This document shows, piece after piece, positions 24,225-36,873 of a stretch of 64,000 bases of DNA. The stretch is from Pseudogymnoascus verrucosus (lineage: Eukaryota). Positions within the stretch are counted from its first letter, which is position 1, and each line of letters starts with the position of its first letter. The position numbers and the translations under genes were made by a program. The DNA lies in NCBI GenBank assembly GCA_001662655.1, contig KV460207.1. One strand, written 5' to 3'. The notes beneath the pieces are model-generated. The model saw only the letters and a program-made list of their open reading frames with translations, searched no databases and was not told the DNA's origin.

Positions 24225-25217
24225 GCTGGGGGGAGTAGGCCAGGCCAGGCTGTTTTTGGAGGGGGTTCCTGGAGTTGGATCGAGGTGGTGAGTGTAGGTA
24301 CGTTCAGGTCCGTGGCGTATGGCGGTTACTATATATACTCTGAGAAGCCGGTTGGTAGACTAGTGAGTAGATATAGTGATCAGGTGAGAGCCGGCAGTTG
24401 GACTGAATCCCGAGTCTTCTTCTGAAAATCCGTGGTGTGGGATAATGAGAAAGGTGATATATTAGAGTTAGGAAGGCGCAAATATGACAAAGCTGTTGGC
24501 GCGGGTAGATGGACGATCTGGTCGGGAGGGATTTGGGGGGGCGGGCGGTGGTCCTTATAAGTGGATTCGACGAGTGCGGAAGGGTTGGCTGATCGAGGAG
24601 GATGTCTTGACCGGTAGTGTGGTGGGTGTGCGGCTGAGTGGGGTGGGACAAATATTGTCAGGGAGGGGGGTAAACCGGGGCTGGATCTTGTCACCTCTCA
24701 ACTTTGTTCGACACTCTCTCGATGGAGATGAGGCAAGATAAAGTGGAGATGGGAGATTTTGGTAGTTTGGTAGTTTGGTGGGGGTGGTGGTTTGTAGGAG
24801 CGGCAATAGGCGGACAGTCTTATAGGGCGAGTGAGTAGGGATGTCGGTGAGGGTTGAGGGTGGTGAGGTGAGCGAGTTTGATGCAGGCGATGATGCTGGT
24901 AATATAGAGCAAGGTGGGAAATGCGATGGAGGAAGAAGAAAAGAGGGGGCGAGGGGAGGGGTGGGAAAGATGGTTGAGGATGTGAGGTGTGAGATGGGGT
25001 TGTTGTTTAAGGGCCGTAGTAGTTTAGTTCGATGGGGATAGTTCGATCGAGTAACTCTGATAGTGGAGAATGTTGGAGTTATGTATGTAGGTATGTAGGT
25101 AGATACATATAGTAGGATATGCACACTACTGTAAAGTATGGTACTGAAGGAGGAGGACGAGGGGGAGGAGGAGGAAATAGAGGAGACGAGAAGAGGAGGA
25201 GGAGGAGGCGAGGAGTG

Positions 25218-27821
25218 NNNNNNNNNNNNNNNNNNNNNNNNNNNNNNNNNNNNNNNNNNNNNNNNNNNNNNNNNNNNNNNNNNNNNNNNNNNNNNNNNNN
25301 NNNNNNNNNNNNNNNNNNNNNNNNGGGGGGGGGGGAGGGAGGATGAGAGAGGGAAAGGTAAGGGTAAGGGTAGGTAGGTAGTAGTGAGAAAAGTGCCATC
25401 CCATAATACCAAACAACGACCAAACCAAGCGACGGATACCCATACAACATCATACCCATACCCATGTTTATACCCATATCCATGCCATACTCATTCTCAT
25501 ACCCACATCCAGACCGATACCCACAATCCACAATCCATGTCCATGGCCATACCCATACACCCATACCCTATCTTCCTTACCTTGTCAATCCCGGCAGCTA
25601 GGTCGAGGTTAGTCTGGGAGGTAGAGTGAGGGTGAGGTAGAGTTGTGTGGTAGAGAGGAAGGAACGGCGAAGTAGTGTGAGTGTATGTGAAGAGTATGGG
25701 GAGCGTATGGTAGTTAGGGGGGTGCAGGTACTGTATTAGCCAGTAGAGCAAGCTTATAGGGCGTAGTAGGCAGGTGTGAGCCGCAAGATTAATGCACGCA
25801 TTCACGCAGAGTACGGCCACTATGCACGCCCTCTACAGGTCCAGTACGACACCAGTACGACACCAGTACTATGACACTACATGGACTCTAGAACTCTGAT
25901 ACCCCCCCGCTGGAACATACAGTAGCATAGTTTATGGTATAACTTGGTACTGTACACATGTATGGCATGGCAGGTGGGCAGGGGAGATCGACGGTCGTTT
26001 TGGAATGGGAACGTGGTTGTGGATCCAGCCCAGCGGGCGAGGCGAGGGACAATGTACCGTAGCGTCGTTTGCCGTACACCATGCACACACAGTACAGTAC
26101 TCCGGACCAGTAGAGGTGCTTACCGAGCGGGGCTACGGTCGCTTATACCCTGGAACATCCTGGGCCCATGCAGCCCATGCATGCACTCGCGCCCGTTATC
26201 GCCTAGCGCACTAGTGCCTCGTCTGTCCATCTGTCCCATCTGTCCCAAGATTGCCTTCCTTGCGAAGATGTGTACATTGGGGATGTATAGAGGTTGCTAG
26301 CACTGCTAACACTAATACTACTAATTTAGTACTAGAGTACTAACACTANNNNNNNNNNNNNNNNNNNNNNNNNNNNNNNNNNNNNNNNNNNNNNNNNNNN
26401 NNNNNNNNNNNNNNNNNNNNNNNNNNNNNNNNNNNNNNNNNNNNNNNNNNNNNNNNNNNNNNNNNNNNNNNNNNNNNNAACAATACAGTCCCGTGTATAT
26501 CTCCGTTCCCTCCTGCATCACAAACACCACCCATCTCTCCATTCACACGCCGCAAAGTACGGTGAAGGGATCGCTCGCATATCTCCGTTCCGCAAGGGGT
26601 TGTCGCAAAACGGAAAGGGAACAAAAACTGACGAACGGATGAACCGTCTCCCCCCGTGCATCAGCCCGCCAGCCTCCAATCCACTCCACCACCACCACAT
26701 CCATCACCTACATACACATAAACGCACACATACATCACTCACTATCCCTCTTTCCTTCCCAGCCCATACTGTACATAACGCGTATACGCCCCCCAACCCC
26801 ACTCAATCCCCCAATCCGTCCACCTCGCCTCTCTCCATCTCGCTTCCCTCGCCCAAAGAGGACTGTGATCGGTAGGCGTTTCGACCGATCTGTTCTGCCT
26901 CTGCCTCTTTCCCCTCCGCTCCGCCCAGTACCGTGCAGGTGATCGGGGGATCTGGGAATGAATCGGGCCCCAGAAAAGGGGACAATCTGCCTCTGCCCCA
27001 AAAGAGCGGTACTGTACTGCACTGTACTGTGCGTTTGTTTTGGCGCTGCTGCGGCAGAAATTGTGCTGGAGCTGTAGCTGGGATGATGGGGAGCTGTTTA
27101 TGCAGATCACTTACATCACTCACTCACTGCACTGCATTGAAACACTGAACGGTGTGTATTGCGCATGGCAAGTGTGTATTACACGTACAGTTACAGCAAA
27201 TGCAGTGAGGTTACTTACCCTTTACCCTTTACCGACTTTCCGTCTCCCCACGACCAGCTGACTTGCATCCCATCCCTCCCCCCATGGCCTTGTCCAGTCC
27301 AGGTCTCCATATCCATGTTCATGTTCACGTTTCCCCTCCCTGTGCCTCTTCCCACCTCTCCCTCCCCCGTCCGTCACACCCACCCCTGCCAGCCTGACAT
27401 CTCCTCCAAAGTCGCACACACTGCACTATCCCCCCTCCAGCTAGTGTGGCTAGACCGAACGGTTGCCCTCCGTAAGCCGGTGCAACGTCCAACTCGTGGC
27501 AGCCGGGTCCATTAGAAGGCCCCGTCCTCGTCGTGTGCCGTGCTTCCCATCCCTCTTTCCCTTCAAACCCTCTTTCCATGTAGATGTACTGTGATGTATC
27601 TATCCGTTTGCCTTCCCGTGTCTCGAGTGGCTTAAGGTATAAGGTAGGGTAGACGGTTTACTGTGGATGAGCAATCTGGATGATGACGGAGGGCACAATA
27701 GAGATACCTCCCCCTTCTACACAAAAATAAAACCCGTTTATTGCATATCTCGCATCTCCTCCATTCCTCACCTTACNNNNNNNNNNNNNNNNNNNNNNNN
27801 NNNNNNNNNNNNNNNNNNNNN
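25218..27821. other. Three assembly gaps (25218-25324, 26349-26478, 27777-27821) within low-complexity DNA
   Basis: N runs flanked by G-runs, A-runs and short tandem repeats. Confidence 0.99.
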
Positions 27822-30800
27822 CCGAAGCAAAAAAAAAAAAAAAAACACAAATACCATGGAGATCCCCTCGCTTACACAGAAAAAAACGAACAGGCATCAT
27901 GATGATCGAAGCGAACTTAATTAGAGCGAGCGGGCGCGGCGCGCGGGTCCTGAGGGCTGTGGGTTTTATGGTGGGTGTGGTGGTGGCCACCCCCAACATC
28001 CGTGCCTGAACTACTAACTACTGAGCATTCACCGAAGACCGTGAGCAATCCCCGTGCCCTGTCCGTCCGGCCCCCCCGACTGAGTCGTCATGTCTCGCAA
28101 ACATGTGGCTCTAGTGTGTCGATTGTCCGCTCCGCTCCTCCCCTCTGTCCACCTGCCCTGTCCCTTGGCGCCCGCGGCCGCGCGAGGGTCAAGGCGAGAC
28201 ATAGGAGGATGTGTGATGTGCTGCATGGGGGAGCGAGTGACGAGGGTTAGGGGGGACTGGCCATGGTCATGGCCATGGATGGGAGATTGGGAGCGGATGG
28301 GGAAGGGGAATTGGGAGGAGGATTCCTTATGCGAATGGGAGAGGGGGAGGGTTGGATCCAATGCATGCACGCGCCGCCGCATTGGCACTATTGTTTGTTC
28401 CATCGCCTGGTCCTGGCTGTCTTATTGTGTGTGCCGGCCGCAGCCCCCGCGCGCCCCTCGTTGTTAATAGAGTAGAATGTGGTGTAGGAACGGAGTTTGC
28501 CTACACATGGCTCATCCCGGCTCTTTTGTGCTTGGATAGAGTGATGCTACTGTACTGTACCTTATGCTGGTCCGATCGCCGCGGGTGGCTTCTTAGCCCA
28601 CCCAGCTGGGTTTACCGTTCGCGGCGCTGCCTTCATACCCGTCCATGTCCGTCCACTCTTACCTTAACTTTGCCGCTCATAAAAAGTCATAAAACGAGTG
28701 TCAAGATGAAGCAAGGCCAAGCGAAAAGATGATGGCAGCGATGGCACTGTCTGTACTCTTCACTTTTACTTTCAGTGAGTACAGCAGTATGTCAGTTGGC
28801 AGCCTGTTAACCGATGTACTGTACCTTTCCCTGTACTCTGTACCCTTCCGCGTGCCTTGTTCTCGTCAGGTCTGTGAGACAGAACACACCGACCACAAGG
28901 TATAAACTGCACAGAACCGCACTGAACCCGTGCCACTCGTGCCACTTGTGCTACACAAACCACGCTCTGCCCACACAGTTCTAAGACATTGTGTGTGCCC
29001 CTTCCGTCCTTCCGTCTTCCACTACGGGGGGGGAAAAGAAAAGAAAAAGAAACAGAAAGAGAAACACCTTTCCTTCAGCATCCCTACAAGTACATCTCGC
29101 GCGCGCGCACACATCGTACATCTGTACCCGCTCTCATCGCTCATCGCCACCCTCATAGCGTGAAGGGGACAGGACGGGAGCACAGCATGAGAAACATGAA
29201 TCAGAGACATTCCCCATTTCCCATCCCACCAGCCTCACCCGCGAGCGAATTGCAAACCGTTCGGCCGTGGCGCGAGACTTGCCCCGGAGCGAATCATGAT
29301 TCTTCAGCATCCGCCGCAACACGCGATGTGAGCTGAACCACCCCCGCCCCCCCCGCCTGGAACCCGCTGAACCCGCCTTGAGTAACCTGGCCCTTTCCTT
29401 CTTCCCCCCTTCCCGGAAAGAAAGGGGACAGGATCATCGCTGCATATGGTTACAGCAGTGTATAAGTTGTACAGGATAGGTGGGTACAGTACGGTAGTAC
29501 CTCTGGGATGGGATGGGGATGGAATGGGGATGAATGGAGGAGGCGCATATCTCGGCCTCGCCACGAACGAACGGCGCGAAAAAATATGAATCAAAAATGA
29601 TCCGTGTGTGATCCAGGCGCTGTTTCGTCGCGGCGGCGCAAATGTCTCAGCCACGCTGGAGCTCGATCCAATTGCGCATCGGATCGAGCGTCGCTGTCTA
29701 GCTGGGCCCCTTTCCGAATACGTCTCGAATTAGCGAGTCCAGGCGGATTTTGTGGATTTCTGAACCCGTTGTCACCCCTTCACGAGCGGTACTTTGGCCG
29801 TTGTACCCGAGCTCAGTTAGCTCAGTTAGCTCATACCCTTACAGCCATTCCAACGGCCCCTGGCGCGACTAAATGTGGCAGTGGCTGTTGTCCTTAGCGC
29901 ATCGCCCGCACGGTAGGTCAGTCATTTTCACCCACACAAATCCACCCAACCCACCAAACAGTACCTCCCACAAAAGTATAGTACCTGTCTAGCGACTTTG
30001 AACTCCACGACTACTGACTGACTGTTGAAGCGCTCGAACCGAGAACTCACACGGTTCACCAGCAAGAGACGTTGAACCGCACCCTTGGAGATCAACCCTA
30101 GTCGTTCAACCTAGTCATTCAACCCTAGTTGTTCATTCGGGATCCCACCAATGTTGCTATTATTACGATGATGCATATCGCCAGCTGATGCACCACCAGC
30201 ACATCCGCTTGTGGGGCAACTCCCCTCCTCCTCTTCTTCTCGCCGCCGCCCTCTTCCTCTTCCTATCCCGGATTTGGGAAATATGGTACAGAGAGTACAT
30301 ATGTACAGTTTGCTGGACTAGAACCCAGGCGTGATGATCTTCCCTGTATCTCCCTAGCTGGTGTCTCTCCTCTCCTGCTTCCCTGTCTATAGCAAACGCC
30401 CTGTTTGCCGCTCACAGCTCAGAACTGGCTACTGCACACCGACCTGCGCTGCACTGTGCCTACTGCACATACTCCATACATGCAAGCCGGCACTGATTTG
30501 TGATTCCGCGGGTTCCATGTGTGGAGTCTGATAATCTGATACTCTGCTACTGCACCATGGCCGGTGAGATTGTGGCCATGAGCATAAACATGAGCATGAG
30601 CCAACGATGAATGGCGATGTACGGCGATGTACGGAGTTTGCAGTACAGTACCGTGCGGTGCCGTATGTATGATGTACCCACATCCCCTCCCCTCCCTCAA
30701 CAACGATGAGATGACCGACATGAATGACGGCGGCGCGGCGGACGGCAAGAAAGGAAACAAAGCGGGAAAGCGGGGAGTTACAGAAACAGTGAACCACCTG

Positions 30801-31887
30801 CCTGCGCCTGGCCTTGCTGTAACCCTAGAACTAAAAACCAAAAACCAAAACCAAACCAGCAGCGGCAAGCGACAATCACAACGGCAACCAGCCTTTCAAC
30901 ACCCCGGGTCCCGGTCCTCCATTATTCGCTTACCCCTGCTCAGACAGTCTCACAGAGCCACGACGGCGGTGGAGTGCGTGGGAGAGACAAGACAAGACAA
31001 GACCAAGACATGACCAAGACAAGACACCCGTGGATGTCACGCTGTGTCTGTGTCTGTGTCGCTTAACTCGCGTCCTCCTTTATCCGTTTTCCGCTGCTCA
31101 CTCTCCACTGTCCGCTGTCGTTGCCCCTCTGTACCATCTTCGTCATCAGTCATCCGTCATCCGTTCTCACTCTGGATATATTGTACATACATACAATCAA
31201 ATTTTATGTTGTACCCCCCACCTCGTACATCCAAATGCATCTTCCATATGGAAAGTACCGTAGATACACAGTCACTTGATTGATTGCCTTGCCAGGGAAT
31301 GACAAAAAGAGAGAGCTTTCTCAAGCCCTCCCCCACACTTCCCACACTTCCACATATATTTGGTTGGTAGTCGGTAAGCCAGAACGCCTTGGGCTGGTAC
31401 GCTACCACTCTCCGCACCCTGCTCTTCAGCTACCCTAATCCCTGCTTCCGACGACGGATTGGCGTCACATAACCTTGAAAATGCAATAACTATTTGAGAT
31501 ATAGCCAGGGAATATCCAATATGCATGGCCAACCGTGCAAGAAAACGCCCCCTGATCGCCCCAGCACCCTGGTTGTAGATCACTTTCATCTGAGTCCAAG
31601 AGTGCGGTTACAGCAGCTGTGCCAACCATTGCCCAAGGCCACGGCTCTAATCTTGGGGGGATATAAAACGACGCATAATAAAATCAGATAACTCCAACCG
31701 GGTCGGCGGACTGGTCCGCGAGCGGGACCCCTCGATCCAATATCCAATATCAAACGCCACGTAAAAGCAGCAGGCGCTTGCGACGCCCCATTAACACCTT
31801 CCAAGTCTATCCAGCCAGCTTTCGCTGTTAAATGCGCCCTCAAAAATACCAAAATACCCCTGAACATTAAATCCCTTAAATCCCGCC

Positions 31888-34800
31888 TCACAAATAAATG
31901 TCCCCCCCAGTGCCCTCAACCCATCTACGCCAAGCCTCACTGTATGCCCTCTCAAGATCCGAGACCCACCTCTTCGTATCAAACAGCGCACTGTGGCAGC
32001 GGTTCTCGTAGAGTAGTCGTCGGAGGTCACTGAGCCTTCCACTGCCCACCCCATACTCGTCATAACGCAGCCCACTAGCCAACTTCACCGCAAATTCCTC
32101 GTACTGCTCCTCATCCGTAGCAATAAGTTCCGATGCAGCCTCAAATCCTTCGTCGGACCGGGGCAATGCACCCTTTAGGATGGAGGCTGCCATGCGTGAA
32201 CACATCTTGTACTCGTACCTAGGCAGAGTCAGGAGTGGAGTGGACGACCACAGGATGTCCGCGGCCGTTGTGTGAGCATTGCATTCCGGGGTATCGAGGA
32301 ATAAATCACAAATCCGTGCCCGGGATATATGTAGATTCTTTGGAGCCACATCGGTGAACAGTATGCGTGATGCTACCTCTTCGCCCGCCCACAGCCGAGC
32401 TGTCCGCCGGAGGTTGCTCTCCCCAAGGTCAGGGAATCGAAGTAACCAGAGAACGGCCTTGGGCACCTTTGCGAGTATCCGCAGCCATGTGCGGAATGTT
32501 GTTGGTTCGATCTGAAGATATTTGTTAGTACTAGTCTCGGCATGAATTGAAGAATTACAAACCTTATATAATTGGTTGAAATTTCCGAGAATGATCACGT
32601 CGTCAGGTAGATCTGGGAAGAGCTCCTTTCTCATTTTCCACCTCCGCTCCTGCTCTCCTGCCCAAGAAAGCTGACGATCTTCACTACTTTGTCGATGGTC
32701 ACAGCAGAAAAATGTATCTCGACAGAAGATAATATTCTCCGAGTAGACCCAGCCTTCCTTGTCAACCGACTCGTCACAACGGAGCTGATCGTCCAGGTCA
32801 ATGTTGCGTCTCCAAGGCCGCAGAGTACTTCGTGGTATAGCCGTTTCATCGGCCAAGAGGTAATCGCACCACTCTGCGCCGAGCGTGCCCGCAAATCCCA
32901 TAAAGGACATCTGGATAGGAGCAGGGCGCGCCGCAAAGACCTCGTTCTTCGCACCTCGTGTATACCCGTTCAAATTCACGAGAATATGAATTTCATCTTT
33001 CACAATCTGTTGCACCAATCTGTCCGAGGGCCAGCCGCTGGTATCGCGAAACACGGGAGCCTCCTTTTCTATTTGCTGCCTGTGGACCGAATTGTCGCTT
33101 GACGTAGTGGCATAGCAGATTGCCTTTGCCTTCCGTGGGTCATGCATCCCAAATACGGACTGCATCAAGTGTGCAAGAGGGTGGTTATTGAAGTCTGAGG
33201 AAATATAGCCAATGTTGAGCGTTGGTGATGGCGGCGGTGGCGGTGGATATACGGTCTGCGGGAGCCATGGTGCACGCAGCGCAGCACACGAGATACGCAT
33301 GGCATTTCTCTCCGAAATCATCCTGATGTCTTTGGCAGATAATGGGCACGTAAAAGTGTGGAAAGGCAATACAGTCGGTGCTCCAGGTACAGTTAGCGAA
33401 CTCGGAAGATGAGGTCGGGCATAGCTTGACTTTGGGAAATCCAGTCGGCGGACGTATTTGTCTGTGTACCATCGGTGCATAGCTCTCTTGATAGCTCGTT
33501 CAATCAAGCGTACAATACGAGCCCCCTCCCATGGCTTTCCTACCCAAGAGCTCAGTCTTGCAAGCATAGTTGAAGCCTTGTCGTTTGACCACTGACTGCC
33601 CGTATCTGCAATTTCGAGTTCCTGCAGCATCGAACGGAGAACTTGACTATTCAGAGTACCGGAGCCCCAGCTGGCGCCATCTTCAAGTTGCTTGTTTACG
33701 ATAGCGACTACGCGCTTCATCCACCCAGTCCCGGTCAAACTGGTTTTTGCATCACAAAGCATCCCATCTTCGCCAACATGCCATCGGTCATACTTTGCCC
33801 CCTCAAAAATTACGCCCCCGCGCCCAGTCCAGTCGCAGACAGAGTTCAGCGCATTGGCAAGCCCGCATACGGCTTCCGTAAAGTTGGGGCTTGACGCTAC
33901 AGCGCGCTTATAATACTCTATAGCATCGCTAATCCTGCCTTGGTCCTTGACCGCATTGGCTAGATTGGCCAGGGCTATATCAAAATTCCCATCGCAATCG
34001 ACAGCTTGCTCATACATCTTGATGGCCGCACTGAGTTGACCGATGTCTTTCAAAAGACTGCCGAGATTGGTATATAGGTGGGCATGGCGAGAGTCCAGAT
34101 TTAAGCCATAGTTGTAATAGGCTAGAGCAAGCGCAACACCGCTGCCAGGCTTAACCCCTGGGATTGTCGGGATTGAATCTGCCTCTGCCATTTGCACAGT
34201 ACGATCAGAGATTTGCTGAGGAATACCTGCTAGAAGTATTCCTATGTTGTTTGAGGTTGAAGGGCTAGGCTGCAATGAGAGCGATAAATAGTAGAGCGCA
34301 AGGATATCAGCAGTGCCGCAAGGCCGTGACGTTGCCATTGGTGACTGGCTAGCATTTGTCATGCCATCTTGAAAGATTTTTGCAAGTGATAGCAAGGAGT
34401 TGCTCGTCGTGGATATAGCAGAGGTCCTTGGAGCTCCTTGTGAGATGTAGCGGAGTCCGGGTAGCTGGCAATGCTTGGAAAATACCAGTGCTGCTGTTCG
34501 CAGTGCTTTTTCAGGGGGTAACAGTACTGGCATAAGCTCCCCTGTGGTAGGCATGCACAAGGTACTTTGGCGGGCGGTGGGGTTGAACACGTCCATGGAC
34601 GATACGACATTGAGAATATTCCTGATGAGGCCATGAATACCATGAACTCTTCTCCCAACACTGACAAGAACAGCGTCTTCAAATGCCCGAGAAGCACCAC
34701 TAATATCTCCAGCAGCGTAGAGCATATTACCCTTGGCATGGATCAGCGCTAGCATTCGTCCATTATCAGAACCAGCGATTGCATATCCACTAGATCCAAA

Positions 34801-36873
34801 TCCGGGCTGCTTGAAACTATCGTCACCAAGTGGTCTTGAAAATGTATGGTTGCTTGGCCTAGGATCGAAATCAAAGGCATGCTCAGAAGTATAGGCAGAG
34901 CTACCTGTTGAGAGTCCTCCATCACTCGATGTATCGCTTTCTCGGTCTTGCTCATCGAAAGTTGAAAGGCGAAGTGATCGCTCTACAAAGTCAATTATAG
35001 AGATGGCCTCGTCTGCTCTGTGGTCTCCACATAAAAGCCCGATGAGATGCTCGACAGCCTCGAAGTAACTTGGCCGTAATTTTACCGATTGTAGCCAATG
35101 CTGCTCCGCTTCTTCTCTCCTATTCAGAGATAGAAGAGTGGCAGCTAGATTCGAAATAGCCTCCACATGGCTTGAATCAAGAGCAACAATCTTGCTATAC
35201 CAATCGAGTGCTTTCTCATAATCTTCCAAGCCATATGCTAAGCATCCCCCCAATAGCATTCCGTCGATCCAGCGCCACCCGCTTTCTTGGCAGAGGTTGC
35301 CAAGTATTTCGAGGGCAGATTTTGCTGTCTCCTTGATTGAGCCACGTTGGGGAAGCCCTTGGGGGAAACTTTGGGGGTACAAAGGTGGTGGGTTGTTACC
35401 GTGATCTCCGCCACGAGTATTGGAGTTGAAAGAGCTCCCGCTACCAATGTTTTGTCTTAACAGAGGTGCTCGGTTAGCAAACGACCTTTTATCCTCCATT
35501 ATGCTAATGAGAGAGTTCGACCGTCGGCGATAGGGGCCAGGTTCATGTTTGGGATCGTGACTCTGCCCAAAGTCGTTCGAATAAGGTGGAGATGTAGCAT
35601 AGCTGTGGTGGGCAGGATCTGATGGTCGCCTAAGCATAAAGGCTGTTTGACGGGGCGGCCTTGGATATATGTGTGTTTGAGAGTATGAACGCTGAAGGCC
35701 TTGCTTTTTGCGTTCTTGATGCGCTTCCTTCCTAGACTGATGTATAGAAGCCAGAAGGTCCACGTATATGTGGTGTGCCCATCCGAGCACCCTTTCTTTA
35801 AACTGGACATGATGATTTCCTGCTCCGAAAGGCACCTGGTAGTAGCTCGGGCCACTATGGGACTGATTTAGATTTGTGCTAGCTGCTGTATGTCCAGTAA
35901 TCATGTGGTCGACGGTCTTACCGTGTGGAGCAAATTCGTCCATTATGCCAGTGTGATCTTTCGAGGGATCAACATGCAGGTGATGACCAATTGGCAGCTG
36001 GTTATGCCCGAGCGAAATGGGATATGGCTCCATGCCCCGGTAGACATGGTTACAAGGTGGCACTCCTTGAATCGGACAAGAACAGCGGTTAAATGAATGA
36101 TAGCCAGTATCCCGCACAGCAGCTGGCCTATAAGCCAGATATCTTCCATCCGCGTAGTATGGTCCATATATTCCGGGGTCATTCGAGGCCGTCGGGCCAA
36201 GGCAGGACTGGAAGGGCGGCTGAATAACCGTTGGTACAAGCATGCCGTTATATGCAAGCTTTGTGGTGTTATAGTCAATATTCGCGCCGTTGCCCATTGT
36301 TTGCCCGCGGAGAAAGAGGGGGGGCACGCGTGTCCAAACCCCGCTACCACCGAAGGTATCCCACGCTCCACTTGTCGAACTCGAGGTTTGGGATCGGTAT
36401 GGTTGTTGCTGGTACGAGCTGCTGCTGGCGTGGCCATTTTGGCCGTGTGCAGCGCCATATGGGTGCTCTTGCCCCTTTCGATTGGCTTCTCGCGGAAAGC
36501 TAGATAAAGGAAGTACTACATGTTTGGTCGGCGGGGGTTCAGTCGACCAGTGGACCGGAGTGCCATCGTAGCCAGCTGCCAGTGTGCCGTTCGGAGTCTT
36601 CCTGCGCAACATATGCTCGGAGGCACCGCGGGATTGTGATCCGTCACCGGGACGCGATTGGTAGCCCGTATCCGGCAAGGCATGGTGAGGGTTCAGGCGG
36701 ACAGCGAAGGCATACTGCGGAGGTCCCAGAGATCGAGGTATATAGGGTTGAGATGGAAATGCCTGTGGTCCAGCAGGCGTATTGAAAGTCATTAAAGGGG
36801 CTGAAAAGCCATCTTGTGTCGTGTCATTGAAAGGCTGTACGATTTTGGGACCCTGGTGGCCCTGAGGGAGCAT
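31888..36873 (-). CDS. OGT: O-GlcNAc transferase (GT41, TPR-containing OGT)
   Basis: TPRs (YTNLGSLLKDIGQ..., LANLANAVKDQG...), IGYISSDFNNHPLAHLM, LVNLNGYTRGAKNE.FA.RPAPIQ, NFNQLYK, LWLLRFP and DTPECNAHTT. Probable 51-nt intron at 32512-32562. First ATG at 36873. Confidence 0.95.
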   Translation of the reverse strand: MLPQGHQGPKIVQPFNDTTQDGFSAPLMTFNTPAGPQAFPSQPYIPRSLGPPQYAFAVRLNPHHALPDTGYQSRPGDGSQSRGASEHMLRRKTPNGTLAAGYDGTPVHWSTEPPPTKHVVLPLSSFPREANRKGQEHPYGAAHGQNGHASSSSYQQQPYRSQTSSSTSGAWDTFGGSGVWTRVPPLFLRGQTMGNGANIDYNTTKLAYNGMLVPTVIQPPFQSCLGPTASNDPGIYGPYYADGRYLAYRPAAVRDTGYHSFNRCSCPIQGVPPCNHVYRGMEPYPISLGHNQLPIGHHLHVDPSKDHTGIMDEFAPHGKTVDHMITGHTAASTNLNQSHSGPSYYQVPFGAGNHHVQFKERVLGWAHHIYVDLLASIHQSRKEAHQERKKQGLQRSYSQTHIYPRPPRQTAFMLRRPSDPAHHSYATSPPYSNDFGQSHDPKHEPGPYRRRSNSLISIMEDKRSFANRAPLLRQNIGSGSSFNSNTRGGDHGNNPPPLYPQSFPQGLPQRGSIKETAKSALEILGNLCQESGWRWIDGMLLGGCLAYGLEDYEKALDWYSKIVALDSSHVEAISNLAATLLSLNRREEAEQHWLQSVKLRPSYFEAVEHLIGLLCGDHRADEAISIIDFVERSLRLSTFDEQDRESDTSSDGGLSTGSSAYTSEHAFDFDPRPSNHTFSRPLGDDSFKQPGFGSSGYAIAGSDNGRMLALIHAKGNMLYAAGDISGASRAFEDAVLVSVGRRVHGIHGLIRNILNVVSSMDVFNPTARQSTLCMPTTGELMPVLLPPEKALRTAALVFSKHCQLPGLRYISQGAPRTSAISTTSNSLLSLAKIFQDGMTNASQSPMATSRPCGTADILALYYLSLSLQPSPSTSNNIGILLAGIPQQISDRTVQMAEADSIPTIPGVKPGSGVALALAYYNYGLNLDSRHAHLYTNLGSLLKDIGQLSAAIKMYEQAVDCDGNFDIALANLANAVKDQGRISDAIEYYKRAVASSPNFTEAVCGLANALNSVCDWTGRGGVIFEGAKYDRWHVGEDGMLCDAKTSLTGTGWMKRVVAIVNKQLEDGASWGSGTLNSQVLRSMLQELEIADTGSQWSNDKASTMLARLSSWVGKPWEGARIVRLIERAIKRAMHRWYTDKYVRRLDFPKSSYARPHLPSSLTVPGAPTVLPFHTFTCPLSAKDIRMISERNAMRISCAALRAPWLPQTVYPPPPPPSPTLNIGYISSDFNNHPLAHLMQSVFGMHDPRKAKAICYATTSSDNSVHRQQIEKEAPVFRDTSGWPSDRLVQQIVKDEIHILVNLNGYTRGAKNEVFAARPAPIQMSFMGFAGTLGAEWCDYLLADETAIPRSTLRPWRRNIDLDDQLRCDESVDKEGWVYSENIIFCRDTFFCCDHRQSSEDRQLSWAGEQERRWKMRKELFPDLPDDVIILGNFNQLYKVCNSSIHAETSTNKYLQIEPTTFRTWLRILAKVPKAVLWLLRFPDLGESNLRRTARLWAGEEVASRILFTDVAPKNLHISRARICDLFLDTPECNAHTTAADILWSSTPLLTLPRYEYKMCSRMAASILKGALPRSDEGFEAASELIATDEEQYEEFAVKLASGLRYDEYGVGSGRLSDLRRLLYENRCHSALFDTKRWVSDLERAYSEAWRRWVEGTGGDIYL

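Noticed and set aside
22000..31880. Many 60-285 aa ORFs around flbD
   Set aside because: Low-complexity, overlapping, often non-ATG starts or spanning N gaps. No domain signal.
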